Source: a phage. From it: a DNA stretch of 45,229 nucleotides. Where the stretch lies: sequence record OZ346221.1; one strand, 5' to 3'. The notes below the pieces were generated by a model. That model was not told the DNA's origin and made no database searches. It was given only the letters and a program-made list of their open reading frames with translations. A program made the translations under genes and the position numbers. Positions 26,978 through 35,868 of this stretch are shown piece by piece (the stretch's first letter is position 1; every line of letters begins with the position of its first letter).

Positions 26978-28398
26978 TTGCGCGCCTTTTTAGCTTTCAT
27001 GTATTCCATTAAATCGTCCTGGATATCGCGCTTACTGTCGCGACGCTCGGCGACAAGTTCATCCAGTGTTCCGCGCGCCTGGATAATGTATACGAATACC
27101 GGTCTAGGGTGTCCGGCCTGCATCTGTCGAACCGGCCCGATACGCTCCACGATCTGCGAAAAGTGCTCAAAGTTCCAGGTATCGGAGAAGATTGCCAGGT
27201 GGTGTCCGCCGTCCTGCAAGTTAAGGCCGTGGCCTGCGGATGCCGGGTGTGCAAACATGATGGGGATCTCGCCCCTGTTCCACGCTTCCATATCCTTATT
27301 CCCCTGCTTACCCTTACCCAGCGCTACGCCGTGCGGAAATTTCTTCTTGAGACGCGCCAGATCATGCTTGTACTGATACGCAACGAGCAACGGCGCGCCG
27401 TTCAACTCCTCCACGATACTTTCCAGCGCGTCCAGTTTGGCGTCGTGAATCTTCACCCACTCGTCGGTCCGTTCGCCGTCTTCGTCCACCTTATACACAG
27501 CGCCGGAAGCAAGCTGAAGGCACTTAATTGTCTTCGATGCCGCGTTCGCCGCTTCCACTGTTCCGCTTTCCAGTTCGGCAAATAGCTCGCTTTCAAACTG
27601 GTCGTAAATCTTGCGGGCTTTCTTCGGCAGGTCCACAACAACCGGCGTATAGATTGGCTTGTCGCACCCGAAGTATTCAGCAGCGTCAACGGTTAGTGAT
27701 ACGTCAGACAGGCGTTGTTGTATTTCTTTCTCGGAGTTCTTTAGCGGAGCGTGCTGCATCGTGAAGCTGCCAGGCTTAACAGGCTTGCTAATGAACCAGC
27801 GATCGGTAAATGCCTTATAACTACTGCCGAGTCGTTCGCCACCGTCGACAAACCACGTCTGACCCCATAAGTCTTTCAAGCCGTTTGGCGCTGGTGTGCC
27901 GGTCAGATTAATCCAGCGCTTGACGTGTTTATGTGCAATCGCTGCCAGTGCGCGTGCGCGCTTACTGCCTTGCTTGCTACGATAGCCTTTCAGCTTAGTC
28001 GATTCATCGGCAACAACGACCGTAAAGGGCCACGCATCGCCGTAATAGTCAACCAGCCACTCAACCACATCGTAGTTAACACAAACCACGTTAGCGTCGC
28101 TCTCAAGCGCGGCAATACGGTCCTTCTCCGGTCCGGTGCCGTCTACGACCAGCAGGGATGAGAACCGCCATTTCTCCTGTTCCGGGGGCCATGTACCTGA
28201 CGCAACACGCAGCGGGGCCAGCACCAGTACGCGGTCCTCATGATGGGACAGGACGCCAGTCTGGAACATTTTATTCAGCGCCCACATTGTCGCGCCGGTT
28301 TTCCCGGATCCCATTGTCGCCCAGATATTACATCGCTTATGCTTGAGGATGAACGCGGTAATCAACTTCTGATATTCGCGACGTCGGAATCGTGCCAT
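26974..28398 (-). CDS. SNF2-family helicase-like protein
   Basis: 474 aa from internal ATG (MARFRRREYQ...); Walker A MGSGKTGAT, DEAH-like VVADEST, and LTGTPAPNGLKDLW typical of SNF2 helicases. Confidence 0.75.
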   Translation of the reverse strand: MARFRRREYQKLITAFILKHKRCNIWATMGSGKTGATMWALNKMFQTGVLSHHEDRVLVLAPLRVASGTWPPEQEKWRFSSLLVVDGTGPEKDRIAALESDANVVCVNYDVVEWLVDYYGDAWPFTVVVADESTKLKGYRSKQGSKRARALAAIAHKHVKRWINLTGTPAPNGLKDLWGQTWFVDGGERLGSSYKAFTDRWFISKPVKPGSFTMQHAPLKNSEKEIQQRLSDVSLTVDAAEYFGCDKPIYTPVVVDLPKKARKIYDQFESELFAELESGTVEAANAASKTIKCLQLASGAVYKVDEDGERTDEWVKIHDAKLDALESIVEELNGAPLLVAYQYKHDLARLKKKFPHGVALGKGKQGNKDMEAWNRGEIPIMFAHPASAGHGLNLQDGGHHLAIFSDTWNFEHFSQIVERIGPVRQMQAGHPRPVFVYIIQARGTLDELVAERRDSKRDIQDDLMEYMKAKKARK

Positions 28399-28402
28399 CT
28401 CT

Positions 28403-28621
28403 TTATTCCGCCTTTTTCCAGACTTCAGTTTCACTATCCAAGTTCCTCTTTGTGGCGTCGTAGTTGGTGGCGTGTCCGATGTGGACACCGGTAGCCCGGA
28501 AGCTCTTAAACTTCTGCCAGCACACCGTCAACGGCAGCGGGTAATTCAGGCCAGCAATAAACCACACGCGATCGCCCGGTTTACATTCGCCCAGCTTGGT
28601 GAGTCGGTAATGTTCTTTCAT
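28403..28621 (-). CDS. hypothetical protein
   Basis: 72 aa from internal ATG (MKEHYRL...) with GGGAGA RBS; a hairpin plus T-run lies just upstream. Confidence 0.4.
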   Translation of the reverse strand: MKEHYRLTKLGECKPGDRVWFIAGLNYPLPLTVCWQKFKSFRATGVHIGHATNYDATKRNLDSETEVWKKAE

Positions 28622-28664
28622 CGTCATGTCTCCCAAAAATGGCGGGACAAGCCCGCCGTATTAA

Positions 28665-28838
28665 TTATTTTTGCTCTGCGCGGTAGCGGCGCTGCCGTTC
28701 GCGCTCTTTTTTATTGCGGCACGATTTGCACTCTGCCCGATACCCGTCCGGGCTTCGCGCAGTCTTACCGGTGTATTTATGGAACTGGGATAGCGGTTTA
28801 ACGCAGCCGCAATTACTGCAACGTTTTTCTTCAATCAT
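28665..28838 (-). CDS. zinc-ribbon protein
   Basis: 57 aa from internal ATG; CSNCGC...CKSCRN paired CxxC motifs and basic C-terminal tail. Confidence 0.4.
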   Translation of the reverse strand: MIEEKRCSNCGCVKPLSQFHKYTGKTARSPDGYRAECKSCRNKKERERQRRYRAEQK

Positions 28839-28878
28839 CTCTAAAATCCTCGATATGGCTAACCGGCACACTATACCG

Positions 28879-29157
28879 CTATGCGACCAATTCAGCAACC
28901 AACAAATCACAGTCGGCGATGTTGTCTATAACGCGAACGTCCGCGCCGCGGCGGGCCATCCTCTCATGTTCACGTACCTGGTGCGGCTTCGGTTTTCCGC
29001 CTGGGCGCTTCACTTCGACGAATACTATGCGGCCGTTGATGATGATAATCAGGTCGGGCGCGCCTGCGCGCCCCTCCCATGCCACTTTGCGGCAGAATCC
29101 ACCAACTGCTTTAACCAGCTTCATCAGGTGACTTTGAACCTTGCCTTCTGGTGTCAT
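28879..29157 (-). CDS. VRR-NUC domain nuclease
   Basis: 92 aa with GAPDLIIIINGRIVFVEVKRPGGKPKPHQ, matching the VRR-NUC PD-(D/E)xK core. Confidence 0.65.
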   Translation of the reverse strand: MTPEGKVQSHLMKLVKAVGGFCRKVAWEGRAGAPDLIIIINGRIVFVEVKRPGGKPKPHQVREHERMARRGADVRVIDNIADCDLLVAELVA

Positions 29158-29519
29158 TACTGGCTATCCTCCGTCGAGTTCCAGCGGCGGTCCCATAGCG
29201 CTTTCCCCCGCGCGATTTTACGTCTCAATTCGTCAAGTGCGTCTTGCAGTCTGCGCTCCTCGCGCTCCCACTCCGCCATATTCACGAAATCCTCGGTATG
29301 GTCGTTCCCACTGTCAATAAACCCAGGCCCGTCGCTATCCGTGTACCCACACCGGCAGCACGTATGCAAAAACACGGTTGACGGCCTCACGCGCGTGTCC
29401 CAGTAGTACTCAGTACGCATGGAGTGAGGCTTGTGGTTGTTGCTCACCGTGCCACAGTTGGGGCACATAAGCCGCACCCTCGCTGGGAAGTGTAATATTT
29501 TGCTAATCGGTGCTTTCAT
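29157..29519 (-). CDS. zinc-ribbon hypothetical protein
   Basis: 120 aa with CPNCG...CCRCG cysteine pairs; acidic/basic C-terminal helix. Confidence 0.45.
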   Translation of the reverse strand: MKAPISKILHFPARVRLMCPNCGTVSNNHKPHSMRTEYYWDTRVRPSTVFLHTCCRCGYTDSDGPGFIDSGNDHTEDFVNMAEWEREERRLQDALDELRRKIARGKALWDRRWNSTEDSQ

Positions 29520-29520
29520 A

Positions 29521-29548
29521 ATCTTATTTCCGTTATTTCCGTTATTTG
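29521..29548. repeat. three tandem 9-bp units (TTATTTCCG x2, TTATTTGCG) at the 3' end of the polymerase gene
   Basis: Direct reading of the short intergenic region between 29519 and 29542; last unit overlaps the polymerase stop codon. Confidence 0.5.
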
Positions 29549-31833
29549 CGGTAGCGCATCATAATGTCGCCTTCGGCGGCAAGTGGGAAGCCTTTCGCCC
29601 AAACAGGCAGGTCGCACATCAGCGCGCATAGCTCCTCGGTCGTGTAGTCGTCAGTATCCGGCACTTCGGTTATCAATTCATCGTGCACTGACAGTACGAT
29701 CTCATAGCCCGCGGCTTCAACGCCAGGCATGGACCACGCGAGAATATCGCGGCACAACGCTTGCACGATGTTCTCTGTAAGTTTGCCGCCGTAGGTGTAC
29801 TGGAACCCCCATTGGCGCGTCGTCTGATTCTCGCCCTGATATTTGATGCGGGTACTGGTGCGCTTCTTGCCGGTGTCTTCGTCGATCTCGGTCGTGACCG
29901 ACAGTGCGATGCCTGGGTAGCTCATGATGCGCCCGGACGGCAACTCAATTTTCAACCACCACCCCGCGGCGTTCGGGTCGTCGCGCTCCTCGTCGAAGGT
30001 TGGGTCGTGCTTCGCCTTCGTGCGCACAATCTTGAGCGCTTTCCTACCGTCCGGGCGAACGTTCGCGCCAGCCCAGTATGCTTTGCCCGGATTGCGGATT
30101 GCACACAACACCGCGTCCTCAAGCTCGGCCCAAAAGGCTACCGTCTTCGGGTGAGCCTCACGCCACATACGTTTGATCGCGTCACAGGTAAGCCATACGT
30201 TTTTCGGCAGTATGTATGTTGGGCGCTCGTCTTTCTTACCGGGCTTCGGCGGGCGCTTCGCTTCGTTAATGCGGGCGTACTCATAACCACGTTTCGCCGC
30301 CGCCCAAATGTGATCCGGGAACGTGCCTTTCATCACGTCCGCCATAGTGTAAAGGTCGAGGCCCAGGTTTTTAGCGAACTGCAAGAACGCCGCGACGCCG
30401 CCACCATAGCCCAGTCCCAATTCGCACGCCTTACCAATCTGGCGTAAGTCCTTGCGGTTGGCTTTAATGTAATCCGGGTCAAGGCCGAACATCTTACCGG
30501 CAGTCTCGCAATAGATATCGCGTCCGGCCTTAAACACCATTAGCGCGGTTTTCTCGCCCGCGATCCAGGCAAGGCCACGCCCTTCCACGTTGGAGTAGTC
30601 CGCGACGACAAACTTCTTGCCCTTCGCCGGAATGATGCACCCGCGAACGGTCGAGGCGGTCAGCTTAGATATGTCATACGCCCAGTGTGCGGTCCCGCGT
30701 AACAGGGAGTTTATGCCGTTGGTGAGCATATGCGACCGGACCCAGAAAGCGACGTCGCTCTCGCCTTCGCGGCGCTTAATCTTCCCTTCGTGATCGTCGC
30801 TATACTCGCCGCGTGCCAGGTTTTGAGGCTGGAAGCCTTTACCCGCCCAGCGCAGCGTGCGCTTTGCACCACCATACTGAAGACACCCACGGCGGCGACC
30901 ATCGGCCGACAGGCCATTAACTAGCGGATTGTACTTAGTCGATGCCGTTGATGACGCTCCGAGGCGCATTTCGATAAGCGCTTTGCCTTCGTCGGGGAAG
31001 TCCGGGTCTTCAAGCAGGTCGTTAAGTGTGGATTTCTGCGCGTTGTGGATTGTAAACGCCGGTGCGATATCACGCAGGATTGGCAGAAAGTCATTGCCTG
31101 TCAGTTTACCGCCAAATCGCTCCCAGGCTTCTTCCTTCAATTCTTCCTTATGCGCCTGCACCGCTTTGATCGCGGCGTTCGCCAGGTCAACGTCCACATA
31201 GAAGCCGCGGTCGTTGATCAACTGGTCGATGAGCAGGATTTCATCTTCCTTCGGTGAGTTGCCCCAGTCCGGTATGCGCCAGTAGACTTCACGCATGGCA
31301 ACAATATCCAGCGCGGCATAGCGCAGAAACTTGGCCCACTCTTCTGGGTGAGTCTCGCGAGTGTAGCGGCGTATTTTGTAGGTCTTAGGGGTAGGCTTAC
31401 AGAATCGTTTGATCAGCGCCTTGCCTGCCTTATCCTTCGCGTGCTCTGCGTCAACGCCCAACACCTGGCACTGCATATCGAGGCTACCGGGCAGCGCGTG
31501 GCGAAAGGCCATAATCATGGTGTCTTCGATCTGGCTTACGGGCAGGTCAATACCCCACTTCTCACGGATAACCAGGCGGTCAAACAGGAGGCCGTTAGCC
31601 ATCACGATTTTTGCTTTCTTGCGGGTTACCCGGCGGAGCGCCTTGCGCAGTTCACGCGGCATTGTGGGGGATTCAGTGGCGTCCCATGTCTGCACGCGAC
31701 CCTCGTCGATGGCGTATGTGCAAATCATAATCTCGGTGGTTGGGTGCTCTGCGTAGGCGTACGCCCCTACTTTCTTCAGGTCCACCCCGCTAAATGTCTC
31801 GGTATCGAGAAACAGGCGTTCGAAGTCTTTCAT
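29542..31833 (-). CDS. family A DNA polymerase with 3'-5' exonuclease domain
   Basis: 763 aa; N-terminal FLDTETFSG (Exo I DxE motif); large C-terminal polymerase-type domain. Confidence 0.9.
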   Translation of the reverse strand: MKDFERLFLDTETFSGVDLKKVGAYAYAEHPTTEIMICTYAIDEGRVQTWDATESPTMPRELRKALRRVTRKKAKIVMANGLLFDRLVIREKWGIDLPVSQIEDTMIMAFRHALPGSLDMQCQVLGVDAEHAKDKAGKALIKRFCKPTPKTYKIRRYTRETHPEEWAKFLRYAALDIVAMREVYWRIPDWGNSPKEDEILLIDQLINDRGFYVDVDLANAAIKAVQAHKEELKEEAWERFGGKLTGNDFLPILRDIAPAFTIHNAQKSTLNDLLEDPDFPDEGKALIEMRLGASSTASTKYNPLVNGLSADGRRRGCLQYGGAKRTLRWAGKGFQPQNLARGEYSDDHEGKIKRREGESDVAFWVRSHMLTNGINSLLRGTAHWAYDISKLTASTVRGCIIPAKGKKFVVADYSNVEGRGLAWIAGEKTALMVFKAGRDIYCETAGKMFGLDPDYIKANRKDLRQIGKACELGLGYGGGVAAFLQFAKNLGLDLYTMADVMKGTFPDHIWAAAKRGYEYARINEAKRPPKPGKKDERPTYILPKNVWLTCDAIKRMWREAHPKTVAFWAELEDAVLCAIRNPGKAYWAGANVRPDGRKALKIVRTKAKHDPTFDEERDDPNAAGWWLKIELPSGRIMSYPGIALSVTTEIDEDTGKKRTSTRIKYQGENQTTRQWGFQYTYGGKLTENIVQALCRDILAWSMPGVEAAGYEIVLSVHDELITEVPDTDDYTTEELCALMCDLPVWAKGFPLAAEGDIMMRYRK

Positions 31834-32000
31834 TGCTTAATCCTCACTACGGCGTCAGCGCTGCCGATCATGGAGAAGATGCCGTCGGACAGGGCGATCT
31901 CTTCACCGTTGTTACGAATCTCGGCAACTGTGAAATACTCGCCCAGCAATTTGGACCATACCTGCATTCCGACTTTCACTTCGCTGGCTTTAATACGCAT
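31830..32000 (-). CDS. small hypothetical protein
   Basis: 56-aa ORF (MRIKASEVKVGMQVW...) read by hand; not in the ORF track; its TGA overlaps the polymerase ATG. Confidence 0.3.
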   Translation of the reverse strand: MRIKASEVKVGMQVWSKLLGEYFTVAEIRNNGEEIALSDGIFSMIGSADAVVRIKQ

Positions 32001-32015
32001 TTTTCATTGTCCTAT

Positions 32016-32039
32016 TAAAAAGCCCGCATTAAGCGGGCT
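32016..32039 (-). terminator. intrinsic terminator/attenuator on the - strand downstream of the SSB gene
   Basis: AGCCCGC-ATTA-AGCGGGCT hairpin followed by T5 on the - strand (approximate coordinates). Confidence 0.45.
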
Positions 32040-32058
32040 TGAATAGTGGGCTTTGCCC

Positions 32059-32787
32059 TTAACGGCGGCGACGTTTGCGTGGTGCTTCGTCTTCGTCGTC
32101 TTCGTCCTCATCTTCGTCATCGCGGGACTTGCGGCGTTTGCGAGGTTTTTCATCTTCCTCATCGTCGTCATCGCGGCGCTTGGATTTCTTGGACTTGCGC
32201 GGTGCTTCGTCTTCGTCGTCGTTGTCCAGGTCTTCATCGGAGCAAGAAGACCCGCCACCGCCGAAGGCTTCACCGTCATCACGGAAGCGTAAACCCAGCA
32301 AGCCAGCACCGAGTCCCTTGCCGTTGGTGTTGTTCCACGCCCAGATATCAAGGGACACGTTGCAATAACAACCGGAGTAGATCTCCTGGCCTTCGATCTC
32401 GTCGCCTTCTACGGTCAGACCCTGTTCGGTCTGCTTCTCGCCGAGTGACGTTTGAATGTTTGGCTGTTTGAACGATTTAGCGTTGATGTACAACATGCCT
32501 TCGAATTCTTCGGATACTTCGTCGCGCTCGTCACCGTCACGAACTGCGCATTCCTTCGAATCCTGGGCGTAGTGGCGGTCCATCCACTTATCGGCATTCT
32601 TCTCGGATTTCAGCTTGTCGGTGAGCACTGCGCGCGCTGCCGCTTCCACTTTGTCCACCTGCGGATCTTCTTTATCCAGAAGAATCACGGCACGGTATGC
32701 CGGTTTTTGTCCATCCTGTTTAGGGGTGTCACGTTCCCAAATTTTCAGGAAGCATACGCGCACATTTTTCAGGTTGACTTTAGCCAT
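32059..32787 (-). CDS. T7 gp2.5-like single-stranded DNA-binding protein with mixed-charge C-terminal tail
   Basis: 242 aa from internal ATG (MAKVNLKNVRVCF...) with GAGGAA RBS; YCNVSLDIWAWNNTNGKGLGAGLLGLRF...FGGGG parallels the gp2.5 C-terminal core; tail alternates Asp/Glu and Lys/Arg clusters. Confidence 0.7.
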   Translation of the reverse strand: MAKVNLKNVRVCFLKIWERDTPKQDGQKPAYRAVILLDKEDPQVDKVEAAARAVLTDKLKSEKNADKWMDRHYAQDSKECAVRDGDERDEVSEEFEGMLYINAKSFKQPNIQTSLGEKQTEQGLTVEGDEIEGQEIYSGCYCNVSLDIWAWNNTNGKGLGAGLLGLRFRDDGEAFGGGGSSCSDEDLDNDDEDEAPRKSKKSKRRDDDDEEDEKPRKRRKSRDDEDEDEDDEDEAPRKRRRR

Positions 32788-32876
32788 TTTCCAATTCCTC
32801 ATTTCACATGTATCGGGGTTATTGGAAGCCACCCCGTCCGGCTTGGTTGCTAATCTACTTGGTTGTGCCTAAGCGG

Positions 32877-33119
32877 TCAAGCATTTTCATTAAAAAGATT
32901 TCTGGTAACGTAGTTGGTCGCGTTCTCGATCCAGCTTAACGGCGGGCGGTTAATGTTCTTCGCCACCCAATCGACGGCAGCTTCGCTATAGCCGTCATCA
33001 AGCCATTGGGTTGGATGGCGAATCATCCAGGCCACCATTAACACGCCTTGCACGCAATGCAGGAGAAAGCCCAGCGCGCCGAGCAAAAACATCAATAAGA
33101 TTGCGAATACTTTATTCAT
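32877..33119 (-). CDS. small membrane protein
   Basis: 80 aa with N-terminal hydrophobic helix VFAILLMFLLGALGFLL. Confidence 0.45.
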   Translation of the reverse strand: MNKVFAILLMFLLGALGFLLHCVQGVLMVAWMIRHPTQWLDDGYSEAAVDWVAKNINRPPLSWIENATNYVTRNLFNENA

Positions 33120-34542
33120 TGCTTAAGTCCTCGTCAGTAGCTTCCGACCACGCAGGGCGCGGATCGTCGATTGGTGCTAATACCGGTTTTGCCGGTGCGC
33201 GCGTGATTTTATCACACAGCTTCGCCCATACTTTCGGTTTCTCGTCCTTCAGTACCTTCTCGGCATCAGTAGGGCTGAGCAATGTTTCTTTGTACATCAC
33301 ATCGCGCTTGATCCGGGCCTTCGTGAAGATTTCAATCACTTCGCTCTCGTCCGCCCACTTGCGGATCCCTTCCTTACCGGCAACCATCTTGAGGCCAAGC
33401 GATTCGCCATCACCCGCCATCACAGCCTTAAATACCGCGGACTCGATTGCTTTGATGTGCTGGCGCATTGCGTCCAGACCTTCATAAGCCTTGCGCAGTT
33501 CAGCCGCGCTCATAGCGCCGGGGGCCGCTTCTTTCTTGCCTCGCTTCGCACGTCGTGCCGCCTTCCGGGCTTCGCGGGCCATATTGCGATCGTGGTTGGC
33601 GCATTCCTCCTCTGTAGCGATACTCACGTCGTCGCCCAGGTCTTCGTCGGTTGCCGTTGGTGGTGTCATCGTGTCGATTGCGGCCTTCGCCCGGGCACTA
33701 CATTGGTCCGCAAATCGGCACCACTGGCACGCATCAACGCTGGGTCGGAAGTCGGCGCGGGTTAGTCCCTTCTTGCCGCGGGTGTACGCTTCCAGGGCGG
33801 CGATTGCACGCTTGGACGCAAACTTCGCGAATATCTCCAGCGCTTCCACTGTAATATCCCACTCCGACGCCCCGCCACAATATGGCTGGAAGATAACCAG
33901 ACGCACGGTCGTAATGTCGTACATGTATTGCAGCTTGCGCAGCAGGCCGAGCGCGTACAACATAAGCTGTTTGTTTTCTTTCGCCTCGACCTTATGCCGC
34001 CCCGTCTTCAGGTCGCCAACAATCAGCATGTACGTGCCGTCGGTCTTCTTCATGACCATGACCATATCGGCAGTGCCGAACGTTTTAATCCTGTTGCCGT
34101 CGATCTCGAAGCCTGAATGAAGGACGCGGGTCAGATCGGCGCGCATCTCAAGCTGAACAAACTCCGCCACTTCGAGGAGCGGGCGCCAGTGGTCGATGTA
34201 TGCATCGCACTGTTTCACCATGTCGTCATTGACCAGTACGCCGCCTTTCGGCGCTTTCGGGTGCGCCTTTACTGGCCCCTTGCCTTCATTCTCGACGTAA
34301 CATCCTTTATACGTCTTTGCTGTTATCCGCTTTTCACCGGCGATAATGCGGTTTAGCACGACTTCAGATACGGTGTGCATACTCGTACCGTTAATCGCCG
34401 CCTGCCCGGATTCGTTCGGGATATCTTTTTCCACCACCAGGGCGGCAGGGCAACCCATCCATTTTTTAGCACCGGACGGGCCGAGTAATGAGTGTTCCGT
34501 ATTGCTACCGGATTGCGTTTTACGTTTTGGTTTAATCGCCAT
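33112..34542 (-). CDS. Cas4/RecB-like PD-(D/E)xK exonuclease (DUF2800-like) with Cys cluster
   Basis: 476 aa; N-terminal SLLGPSGAKKWMGCPA; core IVGDLKTGRHK...QLMLYALG; C-terminal CQWCRFADQC consistent with a Cas4-type iron-sulfur cluster. Confidence 0.65.
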   Translation of the reverse strand: MAIKPKRKTQSGSNTEHSLLGPSGAKKWMGCPAALVVEKDIPNESGQAAINGTSMHTVSEVVLNRIIAGEKRITAKTYKGCYVENEGKGPVKAHPKAPKGGVLVNDDMVKQCDAYIDHWRPLLEVAEFVQLEMRADLTRVLHSGFEIDGNRIKTFGTADMVMVMKKTDGTYMLIVGDLKTGRHKVEAKENKQLMLYALGLLRKLQYMYDITTVRLVIFQPYCGGASEWDITVEALEIFAKFASKRAIAALEAYTRGKKGLTRADFRPSVDACQWCRFADQCSARAKAAIDTMTPPTATDEDLGDDVSIATEEECANHDRNMAREARKAARRAKRGKKEAAPGAMSAAELRKAYEGLDAMRQHIKAIESAVFKAVMAGDGESLGLKMVAGKEGIRKWADESEVIEIFTKARIKRDVMYKETLLSPTDAEKVLKDEKPKVWAKLCDKITRAPAKPVLAPIDDPRPAWSEATDEDLSNE

Positions 34543-34721
34543 TATTCCACCCGTGTAAACTGGACAATTACATATTTCACATTCGCCAGGCCCGCTTTTT
34601 CGACTCGGCGCTTAACTTCATTTTGCGCGTCCACAAAGCAATTGCTTGCGTTGGTGTTTTCAACAATAAAAGAAGTGTGATCGTCTAATTCGTGGCATGT
34701 TGCCAGCACGAAGAATTTCAT
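34542..34721 (-). CDS. small hypothetical protein
   Basis: 59-aa ORF read by hand with TAATG overlaps at both ends; not in the ORF track. Confidence 0.35.
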   Translation of the reverse strand: MKFFVLATCHELDDHTSFIVENTNASNCFVDAQNEVKRRVEKAGLANVKYVIVQFTRVE

Positions 34722-34972
34722 TATTTCGTCTCCCAGCGGTCAATCGTTCTTGCTTCGGATGCAACTGCAAAGCGAACATATTCCAGATTGGAGTCTGCCC
34801 AAATATAAAAGTCGGGATTAATAAAGGTGGTGCGCTTAATTTGCGCGGGAGTATTGCGGCGTTTATCTATTACGGCAACGCGTGACTGAAAATTGCCGAT
34901 GCGTTCGAATAGCCAATAATACGGGCGCTGGTCGCGGGAGTCCACCGCCTCGATTAGCGTGAAGCGTGCCAT
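34721..34972 (-). CDS. hypothetical protein
   Basis: 83 aa with GAGGA RBS. Confidence 0.45.
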   Translation of the reverse strand: MARFTLIEAVDSRDQRPYYWLFERIGNFQSRVAVIDKRRNTPAQIKRTTFINPDFYIWADSNLEYVRFAVASEARTIDRWETK

Positions 34973-34985
34973 TGTCTCGTCCTCT

Positions 34986-35012
34986 AAAAAGAGGCCCGCA
35001 GATTAGCGGGCC
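34986..35012 (-). terminator. intrinsic terminator/attenuator on the - strand after the first early gene
   Basis: GGCCCGC-TAATCT-GCGGGCC hairpin followed by a T-rich run on the - strand (approximate coordinates). Confidence 0.4.
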
Positions 35013-35020
35013 GGAATATA

Positions 35021-35527
35021 TTAATCTTCCAGTTCGAAATAGGTTTCGACGATTTCTTTTAACTCTGTGTGGAAGTCTTCGACGTCGTCATCTTCCAGCT
35101 TGGCGATTGATTTGATCTCGAACGACTCCAGCAGGTCGTCGAATTCGTCGTTCGCATCGTCGTCATCACCACCGGCGATAATCGCGGCATACTGTTTGAT
35201 TTCGTCGCGCATCTCCGCCAGCGGATCAGCATCTTTCTTACCTTTGCCGTTCGCCGGTGCTTTTTTAGCCTTAGCCGGTTTTTCGTCTTCGGCGTCTTCG
35301 TCGTCATCTTCTACGACTTCTTTTTTGGCCTTACCTTTCGCCGGTGCTTTTTTAGCTTTAGCCGGTTTTTCGTCTTCGGCGGCATCGTCGTCATCTTCTT
35401 TTTTGGCCTTAGACGGCTTCTTGTCTTCCTGCTTACCAACGGCAGCGCCAACAGTTTCATAATGCTTTGCGATGGTTTCCAGTGCTACTACGCCGCGAGT
35501 GATCAGGTTTACGATTTGCTCAAACAT
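35021..35527 (-). CDS. acidic low-complexity protein, first gene of the leftward early operon
   Basis: 168 aa from internal ATG (MFEQIVNL...) with GGAGAT RBS; two KPAKAKKAPA-type units and a strongly acidic C-terminal third. Confidence 0.5.
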   Translation of the reverse strand: MFEQIVNLITRGVVALETIAKHYETVGAAVGKQEDKKPSKAKKEDDDDAAEDEKPAKAKKAPAKGKAKKEVVEDDDEDAEDEKPAKAKKAPANGKGKKDADPLAEMRDEIKQYAAIIAGGDDDDANDEFDDLLESFEIKSIAKLEDDDVEDFHTELKEIVETYFELED

Positions 35528-35723
35528 GGTATATCTCCGATTGGTTAAGTTTAGGTGTCGGCAGTTAACTTCGTCGGTGGCCTTAACATATTGCCCGGTT
35601 GCGCGTTCTCCCGTTCGGGTAGTGGACCGGGTTATATAATCACGGTTGGGAATCCTGACACTTCGATCCGGCCCCTGCGTTGCCCCTCTCCAGTTTGCGT
35701 CCTGCATCCTGTCGACGGGGGGA

Positions 35724-35753
35724 ATAATAGATTGGTTGCAGGATAGGTGTCAA
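35724..35753 (-). promoter_or_regulatory. leftward early promoter candidate
   Basis: On the - strand: TTGACA, 18-nt spacer containing TGCAACCAAT, TATTAT; about 190-nt leader to the 35527 start (approximate coordinates). Confidence 0.45.
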
Positions 35754-35761
35754 CAACTAAT

Positions 35762-35820
35762 TTAAAAAAAAAGCGCCGAGGCAAAATGCAACGGCGCTAA
35801 CCAATAAGAGACAATGAGAC
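35762..35820 (-). ncRNA. candidate ~58-nt small RNA
   Basis: Bounded by a promoter-like element (35827-35855) and a 7-bp GC stem plus U9 terminator; no ORF; predicted RNA GUCUCAUUGUCUCUUAUUGGUUAGCGCCGUUGCAUUUUGCCUCGGCGCUUUUUUUUU. Confidence 0.3.
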
Positions 35821-35826
35821 GGGAGT

Positions 35827-35855
35827 ATTATTACACGCGTGCGCGCCCGTTTCAA
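35827..35855 (-). promoter_or_regulatory. promoter candidate for the small RNA
   Basis: On the - strand: TTGAAA, 17-nt spacer, extended -10 TGTAATAAT (approximate coordinates). Confidence 0.35.
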
Positions 35856-35868
35856 TATTCCAAAGGAG

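Noticed and set aside
28714-29406. 230-aa plus-strand ORF over the VRR-NUC and zinc-ribbon genes
   Set aside because: Antisense to compact, motif-bearing minus-strand genes; no translation signals.
32075-32368. Poly-serine ORF on the plus strand (MRGASSSSSSSSS...)
   Set aside because: It is the reverse complement of the GAC/GAA-rich codons encoding the SSB charged tail; a low-complexity mirror, not a gene.
22946-35527. Integrase, excisionase or CI-like repressor in the early region
   Set aside because: No ORF shows tyrosine or serine recombinase motifs or a repressor-like HTH plus peptidase architecture; the phage is treated as probably virulent, though small HTH proteins could still regulate.
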